Shown: in pieces, positions 38,601 through 48,058 of the stretch
Numbering within the stretch: the first letter of the stretch is position 1
Layout: each line of letters starts with the position of its first letter
DNA from: a virus
Taxonomy: Duplodnaviria > Caudoviricetes
DNA length: 60,134 nt
IMG/VR virus record: IMGVR_UViG_3300028025_004184
Coordinates: 1 to 60,134 of that record
Strand: one strand, 5' to 3'
Program-made: the position numbers and the translations under genes
Notes under the pieces: model-generated
What the model saw: the letters and a program-made list of their open reading frames with translations, nothing else
What the model was told of the DNA's origin: nothing
Databases searched by the model: none

Positions 38601-40256
38601 ATTGACTCAGTAAAAAATCCTACTATAATAGGTAAGAAGTTGGTGTCTGGAATACCTTCCACCACATCGTTCAAATTATCTGGTGTTTCTTCAGCATCTC
38701 TTTCAGCTTTTCAACAAGCTATTGTATTTCCAGCTGATGTGGTTTCTGATAACTCTGTAAATCCAAATAGAGTGTATTTTTCCAAGATTTACCAACCAGA
38801 GGCTGTGCCTCTTGTCAACTATATTGATATTGGAGCAAGAGATAAGAAGATTCAAAGAATCATCGCACTTAGAGATAGTTTAGCTGTTCTAAAAGAAGAG
38901 GGTGTGTACATCATATCAGGGCCTTCTGCTCCTAACTTCTCAGTGAGGCTTTGTGACTCCTCTGCGTTAACTTTCGCACCAGACACGGCTGTTAACTTGA
39001 ACAACCTTGTGTACGTACTAACGAGCCAAGGTGTGGTTACTGTTTCAGAAACAGGTATCCAAGTTATGTCAAGAAATATTGAGAACAAGATACAGGAAGT
39101 GACTACTTCCAAGTTTGATTATAAAATGATGAGCTGGGGACTGTCTTCAGAGTCTGACAGATGTTACATTCTATGGCTTCCAGAAAAGACAACAAACCAA
39201 TATGCAACACAAGCATATAGGTATAATACATTTACTAGAGCTTGGACTAGATGGACAAAGCCAGCTAATTGTGGAGTTGTAAATCCCGCAGATGACAAGA
39301 TGTACCTTGGAGACTCGTCAGGAAGACCTTATGTTCTTCAAGAAAGAAAGAATTTTGAAAGACAAGATCACGCAGACAGAGAGATCATAAAGAGCATACA
39401 GCCTGATGGAGTTAGTGGAACTACTCATACCCTATCATCAGCTTCTGAAATAGCTATTGGTGATGTTATGACTCAGATACAGTACTTAGATATAAATAAA
39501 TTTAATAGATTCTTAAAGAAACTAGATAGGGATAGGTTCTCTTCATCCCCTGATAAATATATAACTCTAAAGGCAGTAGCAGGAGACAGCTTAGGACTTA
39601 AGCTTCAAGAAGTTGAAGCCAAACTACTATCGGATGGGATTATAATAACTCCTAGCAGCTCTGGATCAGATGTAGCAGCAGATATTGCTAATAACTTTAA
39701 CGCAATTGTTACAGTTTTAAACGATCCTCTTACCTTGAATAATTACAAAGACTACAAGTATGTTGAAGACGCACTAACCTACGAAGTACTCATAGTTGGA
39801 GTGAATGTAGGAACTAACTCTGTTACTACTAAGTCACAGAATAAGTTTGTAGCTGGGGATGTGTCCATATTCAAAGGAATACAGTGCATTGTTCAGTACG
39901 CTCCGCAACACTTTGGAAAACCAGAGGCTACTAAGCAGATATCAGAAGGAACGCTAATATTCGACCAGAATAACTTCTGGGGCGGATCTGTTGCCTATTC
40001 TTCAGACAGATCTTACGACTTCTCTAGTATAGAATTTTCAGGAAGAGGACCGGGATACTGGGACGGATACAACTGGGCTAATGCTACTTTTGGTGGAGAA
40101 GGTAATGAAGTTCCTGTGAGAACTTTACTTCCAATTGACAAGTCAAGATGTAGGTACTTGCATGTGCAATTTACCCACATTAACGCAAGAGAACAGTGGA
40201 AACTAATTGGAGTTTCTTTACAGCCTAGAGAAGTGTCTACTAGAGGGTACAGATAA
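35643..40256 (+). CDS. tail tubular protein B / nozzle (P22 gp10 or T7 gp12-like)
   Basis: GL..SPN.L.LP.GAL..ADN...I..RRG N-terminus, NRVYFSK...PEAVP propeller, RYLHVQF C-terminus. Confidence 0.7.
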   Translation: MAVLTIKRGLVTSPNELALPDGALSVADNCVIDSDNIIEPRRGFSEFGNKTDESDSVVKQLMTYKGRIIRHFDSKLSFDSNGNGSFLNFDGSYSELVSRLRIKYFELNSNLYFTTNEGIKKISAKSADDFSTNADYITNAGGVKAVGLEAKLVPNVAGFLPAQSKVAYKVLWARKDANGNIIRGVPSSRKVITNTSTDVNTGESFTVTVYDAGAGIHKSFDSTSSISSGVQTTFLAAAVNITDNTIALTTGATDHNYQTNDLVKLVQNGTDALPTGLSAGNYYVIRVDTNKIKLKTTPTGTEVDITATGVSGIIESTNVGKTITITSHGYEDGDKVRLYGVLPNELDTTKTYYIVNKTTDTFQLSLTSGGAAIYLTKKVGTANIYSGLSSNDFFLFDSPTNKFAAWFNISGEDVSPTSSLLLGRQLIEVPIYKIAIKNKINYASKIAESLYTISDIEVEVGTEVVTVTNRDGGDVLDASQGGMDVTYAAVSKIYDGRTAIGTPANVQITAIVPGEIASKDYFYEVYRTAVVTVQTGLALNDIDPGEEFQKIFESPVSTNGTIPSEVVFDDTLPETFREGGAYLYTNPVTGEGVLQANEAPPISHDVAIFKGSAFYANTKERHRLQFNILSVSQYTSGVSKLFIGNSTKMNTYTFVGKNEILKFTAKKKSETTESSYFDIMSAQNKIKYRVWFDKGGSTPPDQDNCLLLKVPMQTYEDTIQGSVDAFVEAFFDINDFSITNINHEFNSLDDVNSSTETITIPAHGFLDGDTVTFSGTSPTNITNDTVYYIVDKTADTFKVSLSSGGTPVDITAIAGTSRVAQTTVIVTYADNGDADPVVQSSPATGWISPTIIQEGDGENASNNEVLLSGLASQSLSIEDTARSLEKVINKDPTSPVNAFYLSGLNDLPGLLLLESRSLLDDPFYLAFNEEFTDSLGNPIAVFEPSLPVAKTITSIVTSTPEAVFYTTPVLHGLSLNQEVYAYVDATIDSVKNPTIIGKKLVSGIPSTTSFKLSGVSSASLSAFQQAIVFPADVVSDNSVNPNRVYFSKIYQPEAVPLVNYIDIGARDKKIQRIIALRDSLAVLKEEGVYIISGPSAPNFSVRLCDSSALTFAPDTAVNLNNLVYVLTSQGVVTVSETGIQVMSRNIENKIQEVTTSKFDYKMMSWGLSSESDRCYILWLPEKTTNQYATQAYRYNTFTRAWTRWTKPANCGVVNPADDKMYLGDSSGRPYVLQERKNFERQDHADREIIKSIQPDGVSGTTHTLSSASEIAIGDVMTQIQYLDINKFNRFLKKLDRDRFSSSPDKYITLKAVAGDSLGLKLQEVEAKLLSDGIIITPSSSGSDVAADIANNFNAIVTVLNDPLTLNNYKDYKYVEDALTYEVLIVGVNVGTNSVTTKSQNKFVAGDVSIFKGIQCIVQYAPQHFGKPEATKQISEGTLIFDQNNFWGGSVAYSSDRSYDFSSIEFSGRGPGYWDGYNWANATFGGEGNEVPVRTLLPIDKSRCRYLHVQFTHINAREQWKLIGVSLQPREVSTRGYR

Positions 40257-40666
40257 TGCCAAAATTATCGGATATTAGAAGAATTGTTCCTGAAGACTAC
40301 GAAGAAGAATTTCAAGAGTCAGCTGAACTAATAGCTGGCTCTTATAATGAATTTGCTGACGAAGTGTATCAGCTAGTTAATGGTGGACTTGACTTTGATA
40401 ACTTAGCTAGGGCCTCTATTAGCATAGACATAACTTTTGACGCTTCTGGTAATCCTGTTGGAAATGCCAGTATTTCATGCAAACTTGCGTACGTGTCTAT
40501 GGTCCATATTGGAAAGATTCAAAATCTAACCAATAAGTCAGCTAGGATAACTCAAGTTCCCTATATAGACTGGACCTACTCCGGAGGAGGAATTGTTAAG
40601 ATTCTTTACGGAGTTGGATTTACAGCTGGTTCTAAATATAGACTAATATTAGAGCTTATTCAATAG
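40256..40666 (+). CDS. tail-associated structural protein
   Basis: TAATG overlap; LVNGGLDFDNL motif. Confidence 0.6.
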   Translation: MPKLSDIRRIVPEDYEEEFQESAELIAGSYNEFADEVYQLVNGGLDFDNLARASISIDITFDASGNPVGNASISCKLAYVSMVHIGKIQNLTNKSARITQVPYIDWTYSGGGIVKILYGVGFTAGSKYRLILELIQ

Positions 40667-40698
40667 TTTACATAGCTTTACCTATATAGAGCATTAAT

Positions 40699-40960
40699 CT
40701 CTTTTCAATAAAACCAACTCCTTAGTGTGCTTTTAGCTATTTGGGGTGAGGGCTTGGGCTTTTAACCTGAATGTATCTTTTCTACAAAGTTCCAAACTTC
40801 CAATAACTTTGCTTGACTCTCTGGCTTTCCGCTAGGTACTTAGTGGTTTTGCGACACCTAGTCGAGTATTTCGTTTCCTACACCGGCTCGTATATCGGAC
40901 TCGCTTGTAAGTCCTCTATTTCACGGTCCAAAAGAGCAAAAAGAGAAGAAATTAATCTTC
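40699..40960 (-). ncRNA. putative structured ncRNA B, related to 270-643
   Basis: ORF-free gap with its own promoter; GGACCGTGAAA, three hairpins, CGGAAAGCC-N6-TCAA as in ncRNA A. Confidence 0.55.
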
Positions 40961-40966
40961 CTTGCT

Positions 40967-40995
40967 AATATACCATAACTTTTATATACTTGCAA
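40967..40995 (-). promoter_or_regulatory. sigma70-type promoter firing into the noncoding gap
   Basis: TTGCAA-N17-TATATT with TG extended -10. Confidence 0.6.
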
Positions 40996-41032
40996 CTGTG
41001 TGCTAATCTGTATAGGTAAAAGGATGATTTAA

Positions 41033-41042
41033 CACCCTTATA
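41033..41042 (+). promoter_or_regulatory. putative phage late promoter
   Basis: CACCCTTATA upstream of internal virion genes. Confidence 0.65.
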
Positions 41043-41059
41043 ATACAGAGGAATTAACT

Positions 41060-43441
41060 ATGGGAATGCGTTCAAATACAAATCAAGTTGGTCAAGGAAT
41101 GGGCACAGCCCTGACTGAGGAAGAAAAGAGAAAGCAGGAACAAGAACAAGCTCCACAGCCTCAAATCCAACAAACAACATCCGCAGCTCCTCGCATCGGA
41201 GAAGCTCAGGCAACAGCCATGAAAGCGGCTCCAAAAGAGCAGAAAGCTGGAACTGGTACTTTCGCTAATCTTAAAAGTTATATACAGGCTGCTCAGGGCG
41301 GAGGTCAGCAAAGAATTGCTCAGGCCGCAACGCAAAAAGTTCAGAATGTGGCAACTGGTGCTCAGAAGGGTATCCAGCAAGCTCAGAACGTATTTGGAAA
41401 AAAAGTAGAGGCAGGAAGTTTGTCTGGAATAGCTGCTCCGGGAGGAGTAGAGGCGGTTGGAAAAGAAGCCCAAGATATTATTAACGCAGCTAGAAAGGTT
41501 ACATATCAAGCTCCACAGCCAGCTACTGCACCTGCTACTCAGGCCACGGCTCCTGCCACAACAGCTGCAACAGCTCCTTCAGGTGAACAACCACAGCAGT
41601 CAGTTGTAGAACCCACAGTTGCTCAAGCTCAACAGTATTTTACTCCAGAACAGCAAAAGCGTTTTGCAGACATTATTAACGCACAATATGGTGGCCCAGC
41701 ATCTTTACAAGAAGCTGGACTTTATAGCGACATTGCTAAAAAAGCCAGAACAGCTCAAGAAGCAATTGGTCAAACTCAGACAGCCGCTGGAAGAGAGCAG
41801 TTGTTAAGAAATATCTTCAGCCAAGGTAGAGATTATACTAGAGGGCAATCTAAGCTAGATGCTTTACTTTTAAACACATCTCAGCAAGGTGTTGGAGAAT
41901 TACAGAGTCAGGCAAAGCAAGCAGGTAACATTCAGCAGCAAGCAGAACAAGCGCAGACACAATCTGCAAATGAAGCAGCTCAGAGAGCTAAAGAAATTTC
42001 AGATGTGCAACAAGCTTCTAGAAAAGCATTTTTAGAAGGTAGAACTGCTGAAGAAGCAGCTACTGAAACTAGAATGGACAAGCTTATAAAAGATCCAGCA
42101 TTAGATGCTTCTGGAAATAAAATACCTAAACTAGATATGGAAGGAAAGCCTATAGTAGATGCAGCTGGTAATCCAGTTTATCAAACTCAGTGGGACCAGC
42201 TTCCAGAATATTTTAGAGATATTATTAGAAATAAAGAAGCTAATAACAAAGCTATGCAAGCAGAGGCGTTTGCAAATTTAGACTCGTCAACTGGACTCAA
42301 TGAAGCAGGATATAAAAAAGCTCAGGCTAATCTCAAGGCTCAGCAAATAGCATTAGAAAATGCTAAAAATATTAATATGTATAGAGCTATAGGTGGATTG
42401 GCTCCTGATGAAAATGTGGATGAAAAAATTAAAATAGCTCAGCAAAATTTAGATGCTGCAAAATCTGACTTAGCTGGCTACTCAGATTATTTAAAACAGC
42501 GTAAAGATATCCAGAATATGAGCATGAAGCAGCTTAGATTAAGCCCTGAAGAAGCGGCTATTCTGGGGGTATCTTCTGGTGAAGGATTTTATAATGAACT
42601 GCCAACATTAATAAAAGACGTTAACGCAGAAAGATCAAGATTAATTACAAAAGATGAATTTGCTAGACAACAAGCATTAGCACAGTTAGCAGGTACAGAT
42701 ATTTCAAGAGCTTTACAAAAAGATTTAATGTACACAGACGCAGAAAAAGCAGGATCTCAGACATTAAGTAGTTCTTTAGATACTCAAGCAATAAGAAACG
42801 CTCTTAATGAAGCACAAACAAAATTTAAAGAAAGTGCAGAGGCCGCTAATTTAACTGGAAGTGGTAAAAAGAAAGTGTCCAGAGGTAACTGGGCGGGAAC
42901 AAGAACTAAAACATATACAGCTTCACAAGAAGGTAATGTTGCAGATATGTTGCGTCAAGCAGGATATGATGTTTCTGCAGAAAGTCCTGAAGCAGCTAAA
43001 TCATTGCTAACAGATAAAGAAGCTTTAGCTAATTATTTAGGAGCAACAGATACTTCTAGAGGAGATTCTGGGAGTATGTGGGCAGAAGGTGCTGCAAGAA
43101 CAGGAACAGGAGCTGCTATAGGAGCTGCTCTTGGATCATATGTTCCGGTTATAGGAACAGGTGTAGGAGCCGCTATAGGTAGTATGTATGGATCTATTCT
43201 TGGAGGAAATTCTACTCTTTCTAATGTAGTAGGAAATCTAGGTGGAGGTAGAATGAGTGATTCTGCCATGGCAGAAGTAGGTAAAGGTACTGCGAAAGAA
43301 TTAGCAATAAAAGATTTATATAATAAATATAATAAATATTTAGCTGGACAAGGATTTGAAAATAGAGCTAATATAGTAGACTCTGATATTACATCAGCTA
43401 GATCTGCTGCGCTTCAAGATTTATTACGTAGACAAGGCTAA
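41060..43441 (+). CDS. internal virion / ejection protein
   Basis: Ala/Gln-rich helical protein with C-terminal glycine zipper; position after tail genes. Confidence 0.65.
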   Translation: MGMRSNTNQVGQGMGTALTEEEKRKQEQEQAPQPQIQQTTSAAPRIGEAQATAMKAAPKEQKAGTGTFANLKSYIQAAQGGGQQRIAQAATQKVQNVATGAQKGIQQAQNVFGKKVEAGSLSGIAAPGGVEAVGKEAQDIINAARKVTYQAPQPATAPATQATAPATTAATAPSGEQPQQSVVEPTVAQAQQYFTPEQQKRFADIINAQYGGPASLQEAGLYSDIAKKARTAQEAIGQTQTAAGREQLLRNIFSQGRDYTRGQSKLDALLLNTSQQGVGELQSQAKQAGNIQQQAEQAQTQSANEAAQRAKEISDVQQASRKAFLEGRTAEEAATETRMDKLIKDPALDASGNKIPKLDMEGKPIVDAAGNPVYQTQWDQLPEYFRDIIRNKEANNKAMQAEAFANLDSSTGLNEAGYKKAQANLKAQQIALENAKNINMYRAIGGLAPDENVDEKIKIAQQNLDAAKSDLAGYSDYLKQRKDIQNMSMKQLRLSPEEAAILGVSSGEGFYNELPTLIKDVNAERSRLITKDEFARQQALAQLAGTDISRALQKDLMYTDAEKAGSQTLSSSLDTQAIRNALNEAQTKFKESAEAANLTGSGKKKVSRGNWAGTRTKTYTASQEGNVADMLRQAGYDVSAESPEAAKSLLTDKEALANYLGATDTSRGDSGSMWAEGAARTGTGAAIGAALGSYVPVIGTGVGAAIGSMYGSILGGNSTLSNVVGNLGGGRMSDSAMAEVGKGTAKELAIKDLYNKYNKYLAGQGFENRANIVDSDITSARSAALQDLLRRQG

Positions 43442-43443
43442 GA

Positions 43444-43800
43444 ATGTCAAGTTTATACGCTCAATTTGTTAAAGAAACTGTTAATTGGGACACTTTAGAA
43501 GACGAAGACAGCTTTACAACTTATGAGATTCAGTCTGTTGGTCCAGTTAAGTGTTTAAAAGTTATAGAGATGTATGTTGCTCCATATGCTAGAGGTAAAG
43601 ATAAGTGGAGAGATTTAATGATTAAAATTGAAGAAATTGCCAGACAAGAAAAATGTAAGACAATTTCTGCACAGATAAGTAAAAGTACTTCAGAATTTAC
43701 ACAACAAAGAACTGCGCACTTATGCAGGTTGTTTGGAATGCAACATTCGTATGAAGATGTATATCAGATAGTTTATAATAGAGGTGTCAAATATGAGTAA
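43444..43800 (+). CDS. GNAT-fold protein
   Basis: IEMYVAPYARGK resembles GNAT motif A; such genes often lie next to podovirus core genes. Confidence 0.55.
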   Translation: MSSLYAQFVKETVNWDTLEDEDSFTTYEIQSVGPVKCLKVIEMYVAPYARGKDKWRDLMIKIEEIARQEKCKTISAQISKSTSEFTQQRTAHLCRLFGMQHSYEDVYQIVYNRGVKYE

Positions 43801-44653
43801 GAACGCTGGAAAAAGTGAAATGTCAGATGCTACAGCATTGATGCGAGATAACATAGCTCGTCTTGAGGCAATCGGCATTCCTACCATAGAAGCTCAAAAA
43901 ATTGCACTACAAAGTCCAGAGTTAGTAGGATTATTAGAAGCTGAGCAGTTGGGACCATCTGCCATGCAGGGAGTTCAAGAAGATCCTAGACTTAAAGCAG
44001 CTCAAATGGCAGTTTTAGAGGAATATGCTAATACTGGAAATAGAGGTGGATTAGATGCTGCATCAAGACTTAATATAGAACAAGGATTAGGAAGAGTAGC
44101 AGGATCTGAACAGGCTAGGCTTCAAACTATCGAAGAAGATCCTACTTTAGGTCAAGGTCAGAAATTAGCCCTTAAAGAGAAGGCAATACAAAATGCTGGT
44201 CAGGCTGGAAGAGATATTGCATTACAAACAGCTGCTCAAGCTCAACAAGCTAAAATGGCAGCATTAGGACAACAAGGAAGTATGGCCTCTCAAATGTCTC
44301 AACAACAACTTGCATTAGCTGGACAAAAGGCTTCTGCAGCAGACGTTATAAATCAGTTTAATACACAAAACAGACAAAATACAAATCAATTTAATGCTCA
44401 AAATAGAATTGCAACACAAAGAGGAACAGAGGCTACAAAAAATCAACAACAACTTTATAATACAGGACTTATTCAGCAGCAATTTCAAAATGAAATGGCA
44501 AGAGCTACGGGAATCACCGGTCAACAATCTAATCTTGCTAATTTATATGGACAACAAGCAGCCTCAGCTCAACAAGCTCAACAAGCTCAGACAGGAGCAC
44601 TACTTAACTTAGGTGGTACACTTGGAGCAGCAGCTTTAACAAAAGGGAAGTAG
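43784..44653 (+). CDS. internal virion / DNA ejection protein
   Basis: Gln/Ala-rich, NQFN repeats, C-terminal GALLNLGGTLGAAAL; likely start at ATG 43793. Confidence 0.65.
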   Translation: MSNMSKNAGKSEMSDATALMRDNIARLEAIGIPTIEAQKIALQSPELVGLLEAEQLGPSAMQGVQEDPRLKAAQMAVLEEYANTGNRGGLDAASRLNIEQGLGRVAGSEQARLQTIEEDPTLGQGQKLALKEKAIQNAGQAGRDIALQTAAQAQQAKMAALGQQGSMASQMSQQQLALAGQKASAADVINQFNTQNRQNTNQFNAQNRIATQRGTEATKNQQQLYNTGLIQQQFQNEMARATGITGQQSNLANLYGQQAASAQQAQQAQTGALLNLGGTLGAAALTKGK

Positions 44654-44654
44654 T

Positions 44655-45926
44655 ATGGCAATGTTTCCATTTATAAAAACAGAAGAAGATGATAACTTAT
44701 TGCAGGAAATTCCTCAGTCTCCAAGCTATGAAGATTCTATTAGAGGAATAGCTGGATACCAACCAGAAGAAGCTCCAATGGCTTCTACTTCTCCAGACAT
44801 TACAACTGCACCAACTGCACCAACTGCTCCAACTAAACTAGCTGATCTGTTGCCAGCAAAGGCTGAAACTGATACGTCAAAAACTCCAGAAGCTCCTATG
44901 TCTGCTCAAGATAAGCTATTGAAAGAGTACTTACAGTTATTTGGTAAAGATACAACAGATGAGTTGAAGTCTGCTAGAGATCGTGATAGGATGCTTAAGA
45001 TAGGCGGATCTATCGGAGATGCACTAGCTACTTACATTAATGCACAGGGACAAATGAATGCTAAGGTTCCGGGAGTACAGGTTCAGCAAGGTGCTGGATT
45101 AGGGAAAGTGGCTGATATGTTTGCCACAGCTCCGGAGATTCAAAGCGATATTGCTACTAGAAGAGAAGCTTTGATGAATCAATATAAGCAATTAGCTATG
45201 CAACAAATGTCTGAAGCAAAAAGAGAATCAGCTGCTAAAATTGCAGAAAATAGAAATAAAACAATACTAGAAGCAGCTCAAATTGGTGCAAGTGGAAGAA
45301 GTGATTTAGCTGAAATAGGCAGAGAAAATAAAAAAAATGAATTAATTGATAAAAATACTATAAAATTAAAGTCAGATCTTACTGAATCTCAAGCGGTAGC
45401 TACAACTATCTCTAATGTAGAGAAGTTACTAGGGTTTAATTTAGATGATGTAGATTTAGAGACAGGTACAGTTAAAGGAAAACCTGTAGATATTCCGGGA
45501 GTTAATATTCCCGGTAAAGGCAGGACTACTTTTTACTCTTCAGCAGCTAGAGAACTTGATGATACTATGAGCAACCTTTTTAACGTAGAATTAAAAAATA
45601 GATCTGGTGTTTCAGTTACTCCTCCAGAATTACAAGCACTAAAAAAAGAATTTAGTGAGGGTAAATTTAATACCGAGGAAGAAAAATTAAAAGCATTAAA
45701 AAGATTTAAACAAGCTCTTAAGACAGCCTTCAGAAATATAGAAGCTGGATATTCAAAAGAAGTGATTTCTGAATATCAAGATAGAGGGGGATTTACATCT
45801 GATAGACTTGGTAAAACTTCTGAAAAAACAACTAAAAAGGCTGCTGCAGGAGATATAGTTACTGTAAAAGGTAAAAAATATAAAGTTGCAGAAGATGGCG
45901 ATTCTTTAATTCCAGTAGGTCAATAA
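44655..45926 (+). CDS. internal virion / ejection protein
   Basis: Helical; NRSGVSVTPPE motif; position. Confidence 0.6.
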   Translation: MAMFPFIKTEEDDNLLQEIPQSPSYEDSIRGIAGYQPEEAPMASTSPDITTAPTAPTAPTKLADLLPAKAETDTSKTPEAPMSAQDKLLKEYLQLFGKDTTDELKSARDRDRMLKIGGSIGDALATYINAQGQMNAKVPGVQVQQGAGLGKVADMFATAPEIQSDIATRREALMNQYKQLAMQQMSEAKRESAAKIAENRNKTILEAAQIGASGRSDLAEIGRENKKNELIDKNTIKLKSDLTESQAVATTISNVEKLLGFNLDDVDLETGTVKGKPVDIPGVNIPGKGRTTFYSSAARELDDTMSNLFNVELKNRSGVSVTPPELQALKKEFSEGKFNTEEEKLKALKRFKQALKTAFRNIEAGYSKEVISEYQDRGGFTSDRLGKTSEKTTKKAAAGDIVTVKGKKYKVAEDGDSLIPVGQ

Positions 45927-48049
45927 TGAAATTATCCGAATTAAATGAAAACGAATATGAAATAGAAACTCCAAAGAATGAAGAAGCTCCTCTTTCTTTG
46001 TCATCGTTGTCTGATAGTGATTATGAGATAGAAAGTCCAACTGAATCAAAAGAAACTTTACCGGAAGATGAAGTAACAGCACCTGCAATTGGGTATTTAG
46101 CTGGAAAAGCAACTCAGAGAGGTATTGAAAAAACTGGAGAATACGCCGAAAAAGGCTTAGAAAAAATAGCTCAAATGGGAGGAACTTCTCCAGAGCAACT
46201 TAAAGTTATTAAAGAAAATTTTCCAGCATTTAAAAATACAGATCCAATACAAGAGATGAATGATCTTTTAGCTCAAGCTAGAGGAACAAATACTAATATT
46301 AATGAAATGTACCAACAAGCTGAAAAGTTATTAGCTGATAAAAAAATAACTCCAGATCAATATAAAAATATAGTTCAAAATGCCATACTAGAAAGAGATG
46401 AATATGGTCAGCGAACATTTGCTAAACCTATATCTCAAAGTGAAATAAATAAAGCAGATACTAAAGTTTTAAATGATTTAAGAAAAGAAGCTGTTATAAA
46501 AGAACAAAAAATGTTAGATGAATTTGCTAAATTAAAAGCAGATGAAGCTATAAAAACAGCAGATTTTAATTATAAAATAACAAATGCTACAGATCAGCAA
46601 TTGCCAAGAAATATTGAATCTGAAATAAGAAAAAATACTATAGATAAAATTAAAACTAATCCACAAGAATTTGGTTTTAAAGGACTAGAGTCTGAGATTT
46701 TAGGAGATTATGATACTAGAATAAGTAAAGAAATTGCAGCACTACAGACTCCTTTAGCAAAAGAATTTCCATCATTACAAGGTAAATCTATAGTTCCAGC
46801 GGAAGAACGTGCTTTTCAAAAAATACTAAATATGCCTAGTAAGGCAGATATTTCTGGTAATAGATTACAAGAAATGTTAAGAGAATTTAGAGATCGTGGA
46901 TTTACAGAGCAAGGTCAGTTAAGTGAAAAGCCAGCGGTAGCAACAGCAACTCAAGTAAGAAAAAAAATATCAGAACTTTCTCCTGAAGCTGGAAGATTGA
47001 TGGAAGCTGAAAATGTTGAATTATCTAAACTAGAAGCTTTAGAAAATGCAGGATATATAAAAAGAGTTGGCGAAGGTACTAAAACAACAATTGATATGCC
47101 AGACTCTCAAATAAATAATATGGTTAAAGATCTAGCTACTTCTTATGATAAAGCTAGTCCAACAAATGTTATAGAAAATATAGAAGTTTTAAAAAAGTAT
47201 TTACCAGAAAATAAATTTAAGAAACTCCAAATAGCTGCATTAAAATTAGCAGAAAAGAAGGATGGAGGAATTGGTTATGTTAACGCTAATATAATCAATC
47301 AAATACTACAAAGTATAACTACTAGAAGCGTATCTAGAGCAGTTGCTACTTTACCCGAAGCTGTTAGTAATATGTTACCTAAAACTACAATGGTAGCAAA
47401 AGTTATAGGAAAAGGTGCGCTTAAAGCACTTCCAGCGGTAGGAGCCGGGATTGGTGGAATTGCCGCACAAGCTGCTGAAGAAGCTCTATCTCCAGAGACA
47501 TCAGGAGCACTACCTACAGAAGTAGAAACAGAAGATAGAAGAAATGCTCCAATCCCAGTAAATCCACAAGAAGCAGATAGAATTAAATCTACCTATTGGT
47601 TTGAAAAAGGATATACCCCAGAAGAACAAGTTCAAAAAGCAAGACTTGCCAGCTTTAGACAAGAGCTTCCAGATCAAGGTAGAATGGATGAAATGCCATC
47701 TCCTTACGCAAAGCCTGAAGTTAAGCAATATAAAGAACAAGTATTAGCTGCTAAAAAAGCAGGAGCATTGGCTCCAACTTATGTAGAAGCCCCTCTTAAG
47801 CAAGTTTTAAAAGCTGATAGTCCAGCTGAGATCTCATCTATTGCTCAGTCTATGCAAACTATGCCAGACAAAGCTTCGCAAGAGTATAGTCGTGTATTAA
47901 GCCAAATTGTTGATGCCCCAGCTTCTCAGAAGGAAGCTGTACTATTTGGATTAAATCAGCAACCAGCTTTCAGAGAGTTAGTGCGTAAACTTAAAGATCA
48001 GCAAAAGACAGAAGAAGAAACACCCTTAATGTTAAAAGGCCCTGCTTAA
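45926..48049 (+). CDS. large internal virion protein
   Basis: Helical; last large gene of the core cluster. Confidence 0.6.
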   Translation: MKLSELNENEYEIETPKNEEAPLSLSSLSDSDYEIESPTESKETLPEDEVTAPAIGYLAGKATQRGIEKTGEYAEKGLEKIAQMGGTSPEQLKVIKENFPAFKNTDPIQEMNDLLAQARGTNTNINEMYQQAEKLLADKKITPDQYKNIVQNAILERDEYGQRTFAKPISQSEINKADTKVLNDLRKEAVIKEQKMLDEFAKLKADEAIKTADFNYKITNATDQQLPRNIESEIRKNTIDKIKTNPQEFGFKGLESEILGDYDTRISKEIAALQTPLAKEFPSLQGKSIVPAEERAFQKILNMPSKADISGNRLQEMLREFRDRGFTEQGQLSEKPAVATATQVRKKISELSPEAGRLMEAENVELSKLEALENAGYIKRVGEGTKTTIDMPDSQINNMVKDLATSYDKASPTNVIENIEVLKKYLPENKFKKLQIAALKLAEKKDGGIGYVNANIINQILQSITTRSVSRAVATLPEAVSNMLPKTTMVAKVIGKGALKALPAVGAGIGGIAAQAAEEALSPETSGALPTEVETEDRRNAPIPVNPQEADRIKSTYWFEKGYTPEEQVQKARLASFRQELPDQGRMDEMPSPYAKPEVKQYKEQVLAAKKAGALAPTYVEAPLKQVLKADSPAEISSIAQSMQTMPDKASQEYSRVLSQIVDAPASQKEAVLFGLNQQPAFRELVRKLKDQQKTEEETPLMLKGPA
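48021..48030 (+). promoter_or_regulatory. possible late promoter inside the end of a CDS
   Basis: CACCCTTAAT about 30 nt before the holin-like gene. Confidence 0.4.
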
Positions 48050-48058
48050 AGGAATGTT

